Positions 59,062 to 64,000 of a stretch of DNA of 64,000 nt are shown piece after piece; the first letter of the stretch is position 1, and the number at the start of each line of letters is the position of its first letter. The notes under the pieces are model-generated. The model saw only the letters and a list, made by a program, of their open reading frames with translations. It was not told where the DNA came from and did not search any database. This DNA comes from Selaginella moellendorffii (lineage: Eukaryota; Plantae; Lycopodiophyta). The stretch is from assembly GCF_000143415.4 (NCBI RefSeq), contig NW_003314269.1, forward strand, positions 1,743,544 to 1,807,543. The letters run 5' to 3'. A program made the translations under genes and the position numbers.

Positions 59062-59396
59062 GAGAGAGAGAGGAGAAGAAGATCATCCAGTTCTCTCTCT
59101 CTCTCTCTTCGCAAGGCAAGACACATGGTAAGATAAAAAAGTCTCTTAGTTTTACACACACCTTACACTGATTTGCTCGTCCTTCTAACATTTGTTTAGT
59201 TGTTAGATCCTAGTACCACTGTTTGCCGTAGTATTGTACTTCTAATTTGGATTCTTTGTATAGATTACTTTCTCTCTCTTCTCCATTAAACGCGTCCCGG
59301 GATCGATTCCAGTGTTAAGCAGGTGGAAAGTTCTTGGTTCGATTCCCGCCCAAATGGCGTCCCGCCGGTGGGAGTAGGGTTTTAGGGGATTTGGCG

Positions 59397-63080
<3,684 letters not shown>

Positions 63081-63557
63081 TCTATGTACAAATCGCCTTG
63101 TAAGTGTTCTCCCTGTGTAACTAAGACAGGTGCATCTACAATTTTCTTGCAACTTTTGCGACCTTGCAGTCCATGACAGAAAATCTCCGCTCCGCTCCAA
63201 AAGGTCGGTAGTCAAATTCGACTGTTAACTGACAGTCTCTGGCATTGATCCTTGCGTGTTTGTATTATTGTACAGGATGACATCAAGCTTACAACAACGT
63301 GGCAGTGCTCCCCGATATTATTTTCCGAAATGTCGGCGGCAAGGTCAACAAACGAGACGGGTCCAGAGTTAGAAACCCGTCCTTCCAGCGCCACAGATGT
63401 TTCGTCAACGAGGATGACTGTGAACAGCACAAGCCTGTCAGGATCCGACACGTGAGACGGCCTCGTTGAATAAAGTGGAGATCCTATGAGCTTTATAAGC
63501 AGGGGAGAGAGGCTGAATCTCTCCAGCTACTGCTCGAGCTAGCTCTTGCTCGAAACC

Positions 63558-64000
63558 ATGGCCGGAGGATTTGCAGCAGGTCCTGGAGGAAGCCAGCATG
63601 AAGGGAAGTTCACCGCCTACGTTGCTGTTGCCTGCCTTTTGGCAGCTACGGGAGGACTTATGTTTGGATACGATGTCGGGATCTCAGGTAAGCCTCAATT
63701 TCGCTCCTCGAAGATTTCTCGTCCCGACTGTGACCAATGGATAAAATTTCTTTCTTGGTCTTGTACAGGTGGTGTCACCTCCATGAACGATTTCCTGGGA
63801 AAGTTTTTCCCCAGCATTCTACGGAAGAAGCTGGAGCTTGCTGGAAAAGAAGGAAACTACTGCAAGTATGATGACCAGGGCCTGCAAGCGTTTACGTCGT
63901 CACTCTACCTTGCGGGTCTGGTGGCCACCTTCGCAGCCTCGTACACGACGCAGAGATTCGGTCGGAAGCCAACCATGCTGATAGCGGGACTGTTCTTCAT
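63558..64000 (+). CDS. Sugar transport protein (STP/MST hexose-H+ symporter, STP13-like), 5' part
   Basis: AATGGLMFGYDVGISG|GVTSMNDFL.KFFP...NYCKYDDQGLQAFTSSLYLAGL...FGRK. TATA-like TTTATAAG at about 63492. Confidence 0.93.
   Translation, partial: MAGGFAAGPGGSQHEGKFTAYVAVACLLAATGGLMFGYDVGISGKPQFRSSKISRPDCDQWIKFLSWSCTGGVTSMNDFLGKFFPSILRKKLELAGKEGNYCKYDDQGLQAFTSSLYLAGLVATFAASYTTQRFGRKPTMLIAGLFF

Overview
Eukaryotic land-plant nuclear DNA with very short introns (about 45-70 nt), tight gene spacing and many PLS-type PPR genes. This pattern best fits a lycophyte such as Selaginella (inference only). Left gene block (1-17 kb): SRP receptor alpha (partial), a single fused Nup98-Nup96 gene, a conserved probably plastid protein, ZRF1/DNAJC2, a 3-RRM protein and an SH4-clade trihelix factor. 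Central TE island (about 17.7-39.6 kb): a solo LTR, a decayed PIF/Harbinger element, a non-coding LTR element 'A' (24825-38768, TSD ACTTG), and a young Ty3/gypsy chromovirus 'B' (30160-37689, TSD ACCGA) nested in A's 3' LTR. Right block: an intronless RING-less RAD5/16-type SNF2, a PPR gene and PPR pseudogenes, an F-box gene, GH3, WASH1, an MBD protein, a WRN-like RecQ and a sugar transporter (partial). The most striking observation is that chromovirus B carries two host-sized GT-AG introns in the middle of conserved integrase motifs. It also has a candidate intron that would delete the primer-binding site from spliced mRNA, a candidate intron giving a Gag-only mRNA, and tRNA T-arm-like hairpins in its 3' UTR. 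Together these suggest a splicing-partitioned retrotransposon life cycle: spliced RNA makes protein, and unspliced RNA is the only RT template. All splicing is predicted from sequence, not observed.
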